Source: Octopus sinensis (Eukaryota). Taken from it: DNA of 64,000 nucleotides. The translations under genes and the position numbers were made by a program. Positions 37,365 to 49,299 of this stretch are shown here, piece after piece; positions within the stretch are counted from its first letter, which is position 1, and every line of letters begins with the position of its first letter. The stretch covers positions 236,012 to 300,011 of the forward strand of contig NW_021831041.1 of the NCBI RefSeq assembly GCF_006345805.1. Reading direction: 5' to 3'. The notes under the pieces are model-generated. The model saw nothing but the letters and a program-made list of their open reading frames with translations, did no database searches and was not told where the DNA came from.

Positions 37365-38605
37365 TTAATTTTCAAACTGATTTTTGAGATGACGAACACA
37401 GAAATCTTTAGAAAAGTTTTCATGCAAATTTTTTGTTCTACGACTCGATTCCAAATAGTTTGTCCAGCATGCATTAAGTATATCATCGACAGTAATATTA
37501 TCCACGTTATGTCCAATCATTCTGATTATAAAGAATCCATCATTTTTTAGATATTTCGAGACAAAGTCCGAGACATTGGTCTTCTCCTTGCCTGTTATTT
37601 TAACATATTTAGTGACATATGACAGTCTTGCAGGAAAATAGAGAAAATAGTAGATCCAATTGAAAAAATAGTAGCACGAGTATATCCCAGCTAAACAATA
37701 GAAAAACCAAACAAGGAGGAATATTTTTTCCAAAAATAAATTTACTTGGAGCACACATTGCAGTGTGTATCTGTATTCCTGGTTTACTTCTCGTATTGTG
37801 AAGTCGCAATATGTCACTCGAGGAAAGTAAGATGACTCGTTAAGTTCTCTGCCATGGAAATACTCGTTAATCAGAACGGGTCCGTATGTTTGAAATTGAA
37901 AACCCAAGAAAACGTTAAACAGAACAAGCTGGAGAAAAATATTTGCAAGAAACAGTAGTTTGGTGACGAAGTAGGCAATGGTTAAATAGTTCCCCTTTCG
38001 ACGTCCTCCAATCATCATAACCGTTTTTATAAAATACAAAATGTAGGTGAGGATAGAGACTGGAGGGTCACGATCGGTCACATAGTCGTTGATTTCACTG
38101 GAAACCGATTTGGCAAGACGTGTTTTGTCTGCAACTTTAACTGAATCTCTCGCCTTGATGCATGTTTCTATTATCTTTGAAAGATTTATTCCAGAATTAG
38201 AAGAATAGGTACGCCAAATAACAATTGGGACATAGAAAAGGAATGCCATGAACATGAATATAAATTGAATCCATTGATAGTAAGGAAGAGTTGTTTTCTG
38301 CTGCTCGGCATTCGACTCAGGAAGTCTTTTTCCTAGTGGGGCGAAATAGGTGCCTTTCACCCAACAAATCGAGTGGGCGTAATCCGTGTAGGCGGCTAAA
38401 AATATATAAATAACTACAAACATGTGAATATAGGAGGACACCAGCATTGAATCGGAGTTCCAACATAGTTACGTGTCAAAATAATCAAGCCAAATGCAAA
38501 TAATAATGTAGCACCATATCGGTAACTCAGTCTATCGGCTCGGTCGTCATCTTTTCTTGACTTTGAGTCGACAACAGCTCTCGAGAAAAAACGTACAAAC
38601 TGCAT
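37365..38605 (-). CDS. inx: Innexin (invertebrate gap-junction channel), 404 aa
   Basis: DDRADRLSYRY, YVGTPIQCWCP, ICWVKGTY, YYQWIQF, FPRVTYCDF, QCVLQVNLFLEKIF..WFF. One 26-nt intron at 38421-38396. Confidence 0.96.
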
Positions 38606-38879
38606 TCTTAGAGATTAATGAAACTAAATATCCTATTTAATATCTATTTGAATCTTCAATATTAGCCGATTTCTAATAATCCGACCATTTTTCGAGTCCA
38701 TTAATTATAATTACAACAATTTCTATATAATATTAAAGGTTTTCAGTAACATATACCTCTTTCATTTTAAAAATTTTCCTCATTTTTTATGAGAGTTTTT
38801 CCATAAAAAACAAGTTTAAGAAAAGTCTTTAATAACAAAAATACCAATACAATTAATTAAAGGATTTAATTTTTTAATA

Positions 38880-41156
38880 AACAAGAAAGAAATTAAAGAT
38901 AGCTAAGTTAATTAAAGGCCTCGCGAGACACCCGGCCAGCCTCGCGAATGGCGAAGCCGTTCCCTCGGATCACAGCAATCGACAGACGTTCCAGGAGCCA
39001 AGAAAGCTCTCTTGGATCGTGACTAGTCCTCGAAATCCGTCGACCGAGCGAGCGAAGGAAGCGGAGTGTCTTGGGGCCGAAGATCCCGGAGGACTCCACG
39101 GCAATTGGAGTAAAGAGCAGCGAGTTGGAAAGGTGGCCGTACTTGAGAATCTTTCGCTCCTCGGCCTGCCTCGAAGCGTGCCCAGGATTGGCGGAGGACA
39201 GAGCGAGATTTCCCAGCGAGAACGTGTCCGAACAGGTAGAATCCCAAATAAGGGATTTCCCCTGCTCGTAGGGGAAGGTGGACCTGCCGTCAGGGCGTTT
39301 GCCATCCCCTCTATCCAATCCAACAGGTTCAAGGATTGACGGGATGCCTGCTGAAGCGAGGGCTCTCTGTATGACTGAGTTGAGTTCACTGTGAGGGGGG
39401 CACGACCGGCACTCCGCCGGCAAGCGAGGGGATGCAAACCGTACTCGTCAACAGTTCCCCCACAACGGCATTTGTGCGTCTGGCAGATTTTCAGTCCGAC
39501 ACGGAGGGAGATTGCAATTCTTAGGCATTCCTTGTCCAACAGGTTCCCGATGGAAGGGAGAGGGAGAGCCTTTAACCAGACACCGCTGCCTTCACAGCGA
39601 CCTGCACGGAGGCAAGCGACACGGTGTTGATTGGAGACAGGAAGGAGGCCTTCGAAAATTGTCTCACAAGAGATTTCGTCCCATTGACGCTGTACAGATT
39701 GAGAATTGGGCAGCTTCGAACCAAACCGAGCCTCCCAACGACCACGGGCTGCAGAGTAAACTTCAGACAATTTCCGTTCGGGGAGGTTTCTAAGAACGAT
39801 GTCTGAGAGAGTACGAGAAGCGTGATGAGCGGATAGGAATGCCGGGAGGGAAAGATCGGAATAGGATCTCAAGCCAAGGCCGCCCCAGCGCACAGGCAGG
39901 GATGCCTGAGTCCAGCCTGGATCGTCGAAAGCCAGATTGCAAAGAGAGCTCGTACCGAGCCTGAGGATATTGTCAAGGTCGGAAAGAAGGTCGCCTCTTT
40001 GAAAGCAGGGTGCACATCTTAGGGTGTAAAGGATCTTAGGGACGGAAAAGTGGTTTCGGAGGAGGAAAAGAGCCACATGAGGCTCGATGACTTTAAGCTT
40101 GTCAATCATTTTGGATAAGTGGGAAATTTTTCCAGCGAGTGAGCATTCGAGGGCAGAAGGCCCCATGGGGGCACCGAGGATCGTAAGATTTGATTTGTCC
40201 GTAATCCGGACGTCTGAGAGAATGCCTCGGCACGTGGAAATTGAAGCAGTGAAGTCACTCGGATTTAAGGCAATGTTCACGATTTCGGATTTATCGGCGT
40301 TTATGGATAGGCCGATGTCCGAGAGGGAAGGGAGGATAGAACGAAGGTCGTCAAAAACAGTATCGGGGGGACCGCAAATGGTTGCGTCATCTAGATACCA
40401 TATGTTAACTGGGGATCGAACAGAGTGAGCGATACTGTTAACGCCCAAGGCAAAAAGGACAGGACCCAGGGGATCTCCCTGTTGGACCCCGGTGACCGAA
40501 GAAATAGGTATATCGTTGAACATAAGGATACTTGAGCAAGCATAAGAGAGATGCACAAGGGGATAGGCGAAAGGGACTAATTCACGACAGCACTCCAGAA
40601 GGTGGTCCCGTCTGATGGAATTGAATGCGTTGGAAACGTCCAATTTGACCATAATAAACTCCTCAAATGATTCAGTTAAGTCACAAATTGAGTGGACAGC
40701 AGCTTCGCAGCCGTTAGGAACGCCGACCCCGAGTTGGACAGGCAGAAACTTCGAGGACAAGCAGGGAACAATGGCTCGACACAGAAGTTTAGCGGAGAGC
40801 CTCCGGAAAATATTGCCCACGGCGATGGGCCTCACGCCGTTGTCCTTTTTCTCAAGGGCAGTAAGGTTGGCGGAAAAGAAAATATCACGAGCAAAATCGG
40901 GGAGGGAACCGGAGATGAAGCGGTTGCACAGGTTGGTGATTGAGCGTAGGAGTTTTCGACCAGCTTCGGCGGTAGTAGGAGACGTCAGGTCTTTCAGATG
41001 ACCTGGTCTCAGACCATCTACACCACCACTGCTTCCAGGTGAAAAGTCCCTCAGGGCATTCAGTACAAGAGTTTCAGAGACAGCAAAAGGATTGAGAGCG
41101 AGGGTGTCAGGGGACGGCTGAGGCCTGAAGTCGTTTGGCTGAGGGGGATGTTTTTC
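38880..41156 (-). mobile_element. CRE-clade non-LTR retrotransposon (RT + CCHC knuckle + RLE), 5'-truncated, one frameshift
   Basis: SSGGVDGLRPGHL, NGVRPIAVG, QLGVGVPNGCEA, KLDVSNAFNSI, GVQQGDPLGP, WYLDD; CRCGG..HPLAC..RH; DGKRPDG..LIWD..PIAVESSG. Frame break at a C6 run near 39400. Confidence 0.93.
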
Positions 41157-43937
41157 CCTGGTGTTGGCACTTTTATATCTACAGTTTTGGTTTAAGTGCA
41201 TATGATAAGAGAATGTCATTCTGTCAGATTATTTCTTTTAAGTTTTCTTTACAAAAGCTTTGTTATCACTTAATAACGCATTATCAATATTGATATTACG
41301 AAAAAGGCCGTTTTTAGCACTACTTTATGGGAAATCGGAAGGAATATTCTTTTGAGCTAAAACAGATTATCGTCAAGTCCCTCCAAGAAAAAAAAAGTTA
41401 CAACCAAATTTCCAGACAATTCAATATTCCGAAAAGTTCAGTACCGTTGGAAAGAACGAGGAAATGTTTGCAATAAATCGAGGTCTGGTGCACCTAAAAA
41501 GATATCGAGCCGTTCTCTTTCAATGATAAAAAGGAGTGTGGCAAATGATCCCAGAATTATTACAGTCCCGTCCAAATGTTAGAGGCACCCTATTTTTTCC
41601 CTAAAAAGGCACTTATTTGTCATTTTTTGAAAAAAGTTTTTTGTTAATAACAAACTATTGAATAAAAAATCTTATTCAATAACGAAAGACAAAATTATCC
41701 AAAAATTTAATTTTTAGTCATTCCTCCATTATTTATGACTACCGAAGATATTCTTCTTGGAATTGACTCAAAAAGCCTAATAACCACACCTGTATCAATG
41801 TTTTCCCAGGCCTTCTTCGTTTCATTCCATAATTCTTGAATCGTTGATGCTCCACATTTTTTAACTTCTTTTTTTAAAATTGCCCATAGATTTTCAATTA
41901 TATTTAAGTCAGGAGATTGACTTGGCCATTTTTCCATGAGTTTTATGTTGTTTTCGGCCATAAATGCTCTAGTGGATTTTGATGTATGACATGTTGCTCC
42001 ATCTTGTTGAAGCAAATAATTTTCTTCATTAAAATTTTCAAATCCTTTTTTTATAACGCGTTGATATTCGGCGGAGTCGACTGTTTTTCGGCAAAGGACA
42101 ATTGATCTTTGCCCATTGCTTTGAATTGCTCCCCATATCGTAATTGATAAAGGGAATTTCACAGTTTCAATTGAATATTCTTTCTGTAATTTTGATCCAG
42201 GGAGTCTTCTTATGTATTGCCTAGACATCTGATTTAACTGAATCCGGCATTCATCAGAAAATATCACTAAATTCCAGTCGTCTTGATTCCACGGAATTTT
42301 AGTAAGACACCATGTATATCTTTTATCAACCCGAGATGCAGTCAATTTTGGTTTTTCACTGCAATGCGTCCGAATAAATTGTTGCGTCTCAAAATTCGTT
42401 TAATTGTCGAAAGACTCACTTTTCCGGAAAAGTTACAGCATATAAGAAAATCGTTGGCGGTCATTTTTGGGTGTAATTTTGACATTCTGATAAGATAGCG
42501 TTCATCATTTTTGATTAATTTTTTGTTCCTTCCCTTTTTTGGCATATCGTTATATAAATATCCGTGTAAAAATCGCTTTTTAATTTTTTGAATGGCACAA
42601 CGAGAGATTCCCAAATCTTTGGATATTTTCACCTGAGATTCGCCACATTTTAATTTTTCGATAGCGAGAAACCTGTTATAAGCTAATACACGAGGCATTT
42701 GAATTTTTTATTAGAATTAATAATAATAAATTATAGAATTATTGCTTTTTACATAAGTGCCTCTAACATATGAGCGACCAATTATTTTTTGTTTTCAAGT
42801 TTGAGAATACTATCGGTCGAATATTTACAAAAACTTTGGAAATGTTTAATTTCCTTTAAAAACTTAATTTATTCTTTAAAATCTTTCGAAAAATGATAAA
42901 TAAGTGCCTTTTTAGAGAACAAATAGGGTGCCTTTAACATTTAGACGGGACTGTAGAAGCAAGCTGGTAGATGATTTAGAGACCGTGGGAATCAAAGTTG
43001 GTTTATCTACGATAACTAATACATTGCGCAAACAAAGAATTCATAAAAGGAGGGCACGACATATTCCTCTACTAAGAAAAGTTCATATATCAGCGCGACT
43101 AAAATTCGCTCAGAATATTTTAAATAAAGATTTAAAATACATAATGAACATATTAAAAATTGAACTTGTTGGCCTCAATTATAACAAATATATTTGGAGG
43201 AAAAAAAATCAAGAATATGACAAAAAATGTACCATACCAACAGTTAAGCACGGAGGAGGCAGCATAATGTTATGGGCGTGTTTTTCGTCTCAAGGAGTGG
43301 GTGAACTATTTTTCATAGATGGAATATTGAATGCTAAGATGTACGTCGAAATTTTGGAAAATTGTTTAGTTCCGTCCATCAATAAATTAAAGCTAAGCAA
43401 TTGGACGTTTCAACACAACAAAGATCCCAAACATAAAGCTAAAATAACTACTGAATGGCTTAATAATAATGGAATAAATGTTCTGAAATGGCCTAGTCAA
43501 TCTCCTGACTTAAACCCAATTGAAAATTTATGGAAAACGTTGAAAATAAAGGTGGGAAACCGAAGACATAGAAATATAGTGGAGTTAAAAGCATTCTGCC
43601 GTGAGGAGTGGAATAAAATTTCCAAAGAAGAATGCTTTAAATTAATAGATACATACAAAAGAAGATTAGAAGCAGTAATTGTTGCAAAAGGGCATGCAAC
43701 AAAATATTAATAAAACATCGTGCCAACACTTATTGACCCTTAAATAACGCTAAAAATTAAAAAAATGTTTTTTCTTTGTCAATTATCGCTAATTTTAAAG
43801 AATTAAAATTATTTTCTAAATCATAATCTTTTTAATTTTTCAAAAAAATAATTAAAAGTCAAAATATTTGATATTTTATGGGTAAAAACGTAAAATACTA
43901 AAATTTATTAAGTGGTGCCATGACATATTTTACCTTG
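41157..43937 (+). mobile_element. Tc1-family (DD34E, long IR/DR TIR) transposon, inactivated and interrupted
   Basis: IPTVKHGGGSIMLWACFS and WPSQSPDLNPIENLW. The first D region is deleted and the second D reads N (FQHNKDPKH). ~230-bp right IR ending before TA (43938-39); the matching left IR is seen at 51499. Confidence 0.9.
41563..42953 (-). mobile_element. Tc1-family DD35E transposon, complete, nested in the DD34E element
   Basis: TIRs CAGTCCCGTC..AAATGTTA.AGGCACC and TA TSD (41561-2 / 42954-5); the empty site is visible at ~52108. Transposase FSDECRI / QQDGATCH / SPDLNIIE with 35 residues between D2 and E. One frameshift in an A-run near 42350. Confidence 0.95.
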
Positions 43938-44649
43938 TATAAAGCAGGGCGACCATCTCAGTAAGTATAGTAGTTTGAAGACGTGGATGCAAATTTTGAG
44001 GAAAAAAAGGCGTATGAGAATTAAATAGTGAAACGCGTTCAGAAAACAAGACATTTTAATACTCTTAGCTCGGAGGTGATTTTGAGGTGTGCTTGTTTTG
44101 TACCTGCTAAAATTTCCAAAATATTATCTATTACTACTGATGTCACCGTCCAGAATTTACGAAGGACTTTGGTTTTGAAACACTGACACAATTTTTCGTT
44201 AAAGAACGTTTGGTAATTGGTCGCTTCACAATTGTAGTCAATACATGAAACATTTAATCTCGCAGAGTTCGACTTAATACCAGCCGAGTGACTGTGCTTT
44301 TATACGGAACCTTCAATTTCTTGTCCACACACACAAGATGCAAAGAAGAGGAGACGGATCAAAGAAAGGTCACTCCCAAAGCTTGGTGCTTCAATGATGA
44401 GATGCATAAGCAGTTTGCCAAAAAGATCCGAGCCTGTTTGGAGATCCGTAATGTACCTTCTTAGATTTCCGTAAATTGGAAATTTTGAGAATATAATGAC
44501 CTGTTTTGGGTTCATAAAGCAACTGAGACTTATCTAGCATACGAGAAGTTTGATGCTGTGAGGCGACGATTCCAAGTGAAGCCATAAAACAGTGACAGTT
44601 CCAGCGAGAAAGCAATTTCAGTGCAACTTTGGTAAGATGTGCACAGCTA

Positions 44650-44900
44650 ATATTATTATTAACGCACTTATTGTAGGGCCATAATAATCATAGTCCAACC
44701 TGTGGAACACCCAAAACAATGTTCTTAACGAGTCTCCTCCATTTTCCTTGGTTAAGCGCTGTGAGCCGCAGCCTATCCAAGTCATCACCGTCTTGAAAAA
44801 GGATTTGATTTGGGCGAGGTCTGCGGTCATAACGACAGGTAACATAGTGCGTAGGCGTCCCCGGAACCGTGGTTTGTTGCATTGGAAGTAATCCGTATTT
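44650..44900 (-). mobile_element. RTE-clade 3'-terminal fragment
   Basis: DGDDLDRLRLTALNQGKWRRLVKN followed by a TAATAATAAT tail, paralleling the RTE at 23.4 kb. Confidence 0.7.
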
Positions 44901-45065
44901 GCGGGTGCGCAATTAAAATAAATGAATAAAAATAAAAAATTATTACTTAAAAATAATTAATTGTGAGACTCCGAAAGATTTACGTCTATAACATGCATGC
45001 CGAAACTTTATAAGTTTTTTTCCGGCACAATTATTAAGGTAATTGTCAAAATTAACGTAGATTAA

Positions 45066-45670
45066 TTAAGCAGACCGGAAGCCGACGCGATCGAGAAATA
45101 TCCGCTCGAAAAACCATCTCGATTTGCGAGCGTTGCCTGTGAGAGCGGACATGCCGGACCCGATCTCCCGAACGAAGCTGATTGGCTTACCGCCCAAGGA
45201 ACCGGAAGTCTCAACCGCGAATGGAAGGAATTGGAACTTCTCCGAAAGTGAGGAGTACTTCCTCATCTTTTTGCACTTCTCGGTTGTGGCGATAGATCCA
45301 GGGGCGGATGCGGACATCAGCAGGTTCTGAGCCGAGAAAGAGTTCATACACGTGCCATCCCAGGTAAGAGGCTTCTCCCTGTTGAAGGGAAACACAGTAA
45401 TCCCGTCAGGCCTTTTCCCGTGCCCCGATCGATCCCAGTGGGTTCAAGCAAGGAGGGGATTCCGGCGACTTCTAGGGCTCTCCTGATAAGGTCGTTAAGA
45501 GCCGTGTGCCGCGGAATAGGGCCAGCACTGTGTCTGCACAATAAAGCGTGCAGTCCAAAGCGACAGATTTTCGCGCCACAGCGGCGGACATGTGGCTCGC
45601 ATACACGAAGACCGAGACGTAAGCAAATTTTAGTCCGTACGGACTCACTGTCCAGAAGGTTCCCAATACT
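45066..45670 (-). mobile_element. CRE-clade RLE fragment
   Basis: LPSIGNLLDSE..CEPHVRRCG..RHTALND..AGIPSLLEP..FPFNREKPLTWD..LPFAVETSG. A second copy lies at 56302-56800. Confidence 0.88.
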
Positions 45671-46016
45671 TGGCAGGCTCGGTTGTCGACAAGCAAACCC
45701 TGATGTCATCTTCAATATTCAGTCTTGCGCGATGATTATTTTCTATATTGAGAAGTGCTGAGAAGCCATGTTCGCATAAATATGTTGTCGGGAATATAAG
45801 CAACAAATTTAATGCATTTGCGCTTACGGAAGGATAATGCTTACACATTTCGCACCAAAATCTTGATAAAGCAAGTTTTTCATACAAATCTTTTGCGTTT
45901 GAATTATTGATCATGTCAATTAAAGCCTCTTCGATATTTTCATCGACCAAACGTGGATCAACACTGAATGGTGTACGAATGAATTTCAAATCAATTTCGT
46001 TCAATTCTGGAAAGTA
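45670..46016 (-). mobile_element. hAT/Buster transposase C-terminal fragment
   Basis: ALNLLLIFPTTYLCEHGFSALLNI..RARLNIEDDIRVCLS, near-identical to 21055-21430 and 57721-58110. Confidence 0.9.
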
Positions 46017-47234
46017 CAGTAAACATCGGTTAATTGCATAAATCGGTTAATGGCATAAATTCATGTTTAAAACCATAACTTATATAGTTTCCATTGAAAA
46101 AATATCGGCTAATTGCACATCGGTTAATTGCATAAATCGGTTAATTGCATACTCTCATTGGGAACATTTACTATTTTTTCTTATAAAAATTTCCGCATAA
46201 TTGCATAATTATAATTTGTAATTTTAAAATTTAATTATTATTACACATGTCATCTTCGTTACGTCGTGATCGTACACTTTCTCAAAAATTTGAAATAATC
46301 AATTTGTTTATTCAAGGAGGTCAAACTCAATCAGCTCTATCTGCAAGATTCAACTGTTCTCAGTCTCAAGTCTCACGGATTTTGAAGAATAGAGAAGAAA
46401 TTATGCTATTGGCTGAATCTAATTGCACCAATTTGAGTCGAAAAAGACGACGCGATGGGAAAGAAAAGAACGTAGAAACTGCATTGTCCGTTTGGTTTGC
46501 TCAAACCAGGAGCAAAAATGTACCAATAAATGGTAACATACTAACCCACAAAGCTACTAGCTTTGCTAAAACAATGAAAATGGATGACTTTATTCCTACT
46601 TCAGGTTGGCTTCAGCGTTGGAAAGAAAGAAACAACATATCATTTAAACGCATTTATGGGGAGAAAAAAGATTCCGATATAAATGCTGCTGAATACTGGT
46701 GCCATGCTCAAAATGGCTTGGAGGGAAGTCAAAATAGCAACAATTTACAACTGTTTTCGTAAGGCTGGATTCCATGAGGAAGTGGGGGAAAATATGTTTA
46801 GTGACATTGAATGTGACGAAATAACGATGGATGTTGCTAATGAGGATGAAGAATGTATCGGAATCATGTCCGATGAAGAAATATGTTTAATGTCAAGAGA
46901 TATTTCTTGTGAAGACGATGAGGACGATGAAGATCCCATACCCGTGAAAACAACCAGTTCGGAAGCTATGGGTGCATGCAGATTAATACGCCAGTTTCTT
47001 ACTAACAGCGATTTAACAAGTGAAATGGATATGGACAACTTCTATGAACTAGAAAAAAAGCGTCCTACGCCTTTGCCAGAAGACTAGACAGTCCAAAATT
47101 AATGATTTTTTTAAACGTTTTTGATTATTTTCTTTTCTTGACTATTAACAAAATTATTGATTTTTATTAAAACATCGGTTAATTGCATAAGATTTTCCGT
47201 GGACAAATGTTATGCAATTAACCGATGTTTACTG
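46017..47234 (+). mobile_element. pogo/Tigger element with internal deletion of the DDE domain
   Basis: TIRs CAGTAAACATCGGTTAATTGCATA and TA TSD (46015-6 / 47235-6). CENP-B-type HTHs (LSQKFEII..SQVSRILK; VETALSVWF..SGWLQRWKERNNI) join directly to AWREVKIATIYNCFRKAGF. Confidence 0.93.
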
Positions 47235-47279
47235 TAGATTATCTGACTATATCACACCAAACAAATATTGACCAATATG

Positions 47280-48190
47280 CCAAAAATGATGATTGGGCTC
47301 TACAAGTAACCAGAGCATTCATTAAATCCGACATTCCGCTAAACAAACTATCTATGCCATGGCTTGGAGAATTGTTTTACGGAGGTTCTGTGCGAGTGCC
47401 CTCACCATCGAAGGCTAGAAGCTGTGTCAATCAAATCATAATTGATCAAAAATTGATAATTCAACAAAAAATTGTGTATAAAAATTTACTTTATTTCGTA
47501 GCGATCAAAAGGTTTTTGCTATTGCGGATGAAACAAAAATTCGTGGCCAAAGATACGTTGCTGTGATGATTGGATTGCTAAATTCTGAAACAACATATCT
47601 GATATCGTTTAAGCCGGTAGAATCTGCTCCTAACAAGAACATCATTGCTCAAATAGTCGACGATGTACCTCGGAATAATTTGGTTCAAAGGGAAAATTTC
47701 TTTTTGTTAATTTCGGATGCCGCAAATTATATGAAGTCAGGTTAAATTTCATGTTTAAGTTTTAGCTGGCAAAATACTTAAAAATCTGTACCCCAAGTTA
47801 TTCCATGTCACATGTACTGTTCATCTATTACACAATTGTTGTGAGAAAATAAAAGCTTCCTATCCGGAAATTGATTTGATGATTGCTACTGTACAAGCAG
47901 CAATTAACAAGAACAATACAAGAAAACGAATATTTAAAGACAGAAACATCGCCATTCCACCTCGTGTGCATTTGACAAGATGGGGGAGTTGGCTTAAGGC
48001 CGCTACTTACTATTCAGAAAATCTGATCGGAGTACAAAATATTTTCGAATCATTCGCGGATGATGGATATCTAGTTCGAACAGCCAAAGAAAGTCTTCGA
48101 AACCATGTATTAGTGAGCAGTCTATGTGACTTTATCCGAAGCTATTCAAACATTCCAGGTTTTCGAGTAAATGTTGCTATTGCAGATATT
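47280..48190 (+). mobile_element. hAT-like (DUF659/CGGBP1-related) transposase fragment with two nano-introns
   Basis: Splicing 47476-47501 and 47741-47765 gives an open frame: FAIADETK, LLISDAANYMKSAGKIL, HVTCTVHLLHNC (CxxH) and TRWGSWLKAA. Confidence 0.8.
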
Positions 48191-48504
48191 ACAGTCTAAC
48201 CCCGGGGTGGGGCACCAAAGTGCCCCAAAAAGCGGGGGTGCCCTTCCAAACAGGGGTCTGGTTCAAACTATTGAATTATAGTTTATTTAACTTAAATTTT
48301 GGTTTACTTTGCGAACAAAGAACTCTTTCACATCTCTTAAAGTGTTTATATGCCGATAATACAATAAGTTGTGCTTTTTTGCTCTATAGTTTGATAGATT
48401 TCTATTCTGTTTTTTAATTTGATTTTGATTAAAATAAATCATTATTTTTAAAACATTTTTTTGAAATAATCAGTCAATTTCAAATTTTTCTTATTTCTTA
48501 AATC

Positions 48505-49090
48505 TTTTCCAAGTTGAAATCCTTGCAGGGGACAACGACCGACAGCGACCACAGGATGGTCACCGCAAAACTCTGCGTAAAGAAGCATCTGACTGGGGAA
48601 AAATACACCGAAAACGCGAAGAAGGCGAGACAAAGGCCAAATATACACTTCCAGACAGAGAAATTGTGGCTGGAGCCCACTTGTAAAGACAATTATCACA
48701 AGCAAATTGAGACTCTTATGGAGAAAACCACACCAGAACTATCATTACGAACCCGGTGGGACCAAACAAAGCGAGCGATTTCCAAGGCGGCCAGTATATG
48801 CCTTGGAGTCCGAAATCATTGTGCCCTAAAACTGGATCACCACCCGAACGTGCCAGATATGGCAAAGCATCGCAGAGAGGTACGGCTAAAAGCCGCAAAC
48901 ACGTCAGACGAGATTAAGAAAAAGGAGCTTAACATCCAACAAAGGGAACTAAAGTGCAAATCCAAAAGATGAACCGAAAATACTCACGAGAAATCATTAC
49001 ATCCCTACTAAAAGATGTGGAATGCCTAAAAGACAATTCAAGGATGTATGCGGCCTTACGACTACTGCGGACTACTAAGAAAGGACAAAA
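48505..49090 (+). mobile_element. RTE-like non-LTR fragment (end of endonuclease and linker)
   Basis: TTDSDHRMVTAKL (SDH motif)..RWDQTKRAISKAASICLG. Duplicate at 60735-61330. Confidence 0.75.
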
Positions 49091-49299
49091 CATCCTCCAC
49101 ATTTGCGCTACATTTTCCTGTATTTTGCGCTACATTTTCCAACTTATCGATCATTTCATACGTTTCTAATATCGTTGTTTTGTCCTCTATCCCAGTTCCA
49201 TTATAAAATTCGCGACTTTTGACTAGATCTTCATTTTTTTCAGATATTACTTCGGTTATTATTTCTTCCAGGACTTTTTCCCGCAATTTTTATCTTCAA

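Noticed and set aside
38860-38910. SL RNA or other specific target at CRE 3' ends
   Set aside because: Flanks at 38.9, 31.9, 52.9 and 53.6 kb are unrelated AT-rich sequence with no recognisable RNA gene.
39019-41001. Plus-strand ORFs overlapping the CRE element
   Set aside because: Antisense shadows of a GC-rich coding strand with no motifs.
44300-44620. Coding-like plus-strand stretch (AWCFNDEMHKQFAKKIRACL)
   Set aside because: It is interrupted by stops with no clear splice solution or family match, and is not called.
46247-47087. Domesticated CENP-B-like host gene
   Set aside because: It lies within perfect TIRs with a TA TSD, has an internal deletion and frameshift, and is duplicated, so it is a non-autonomous Tigger.
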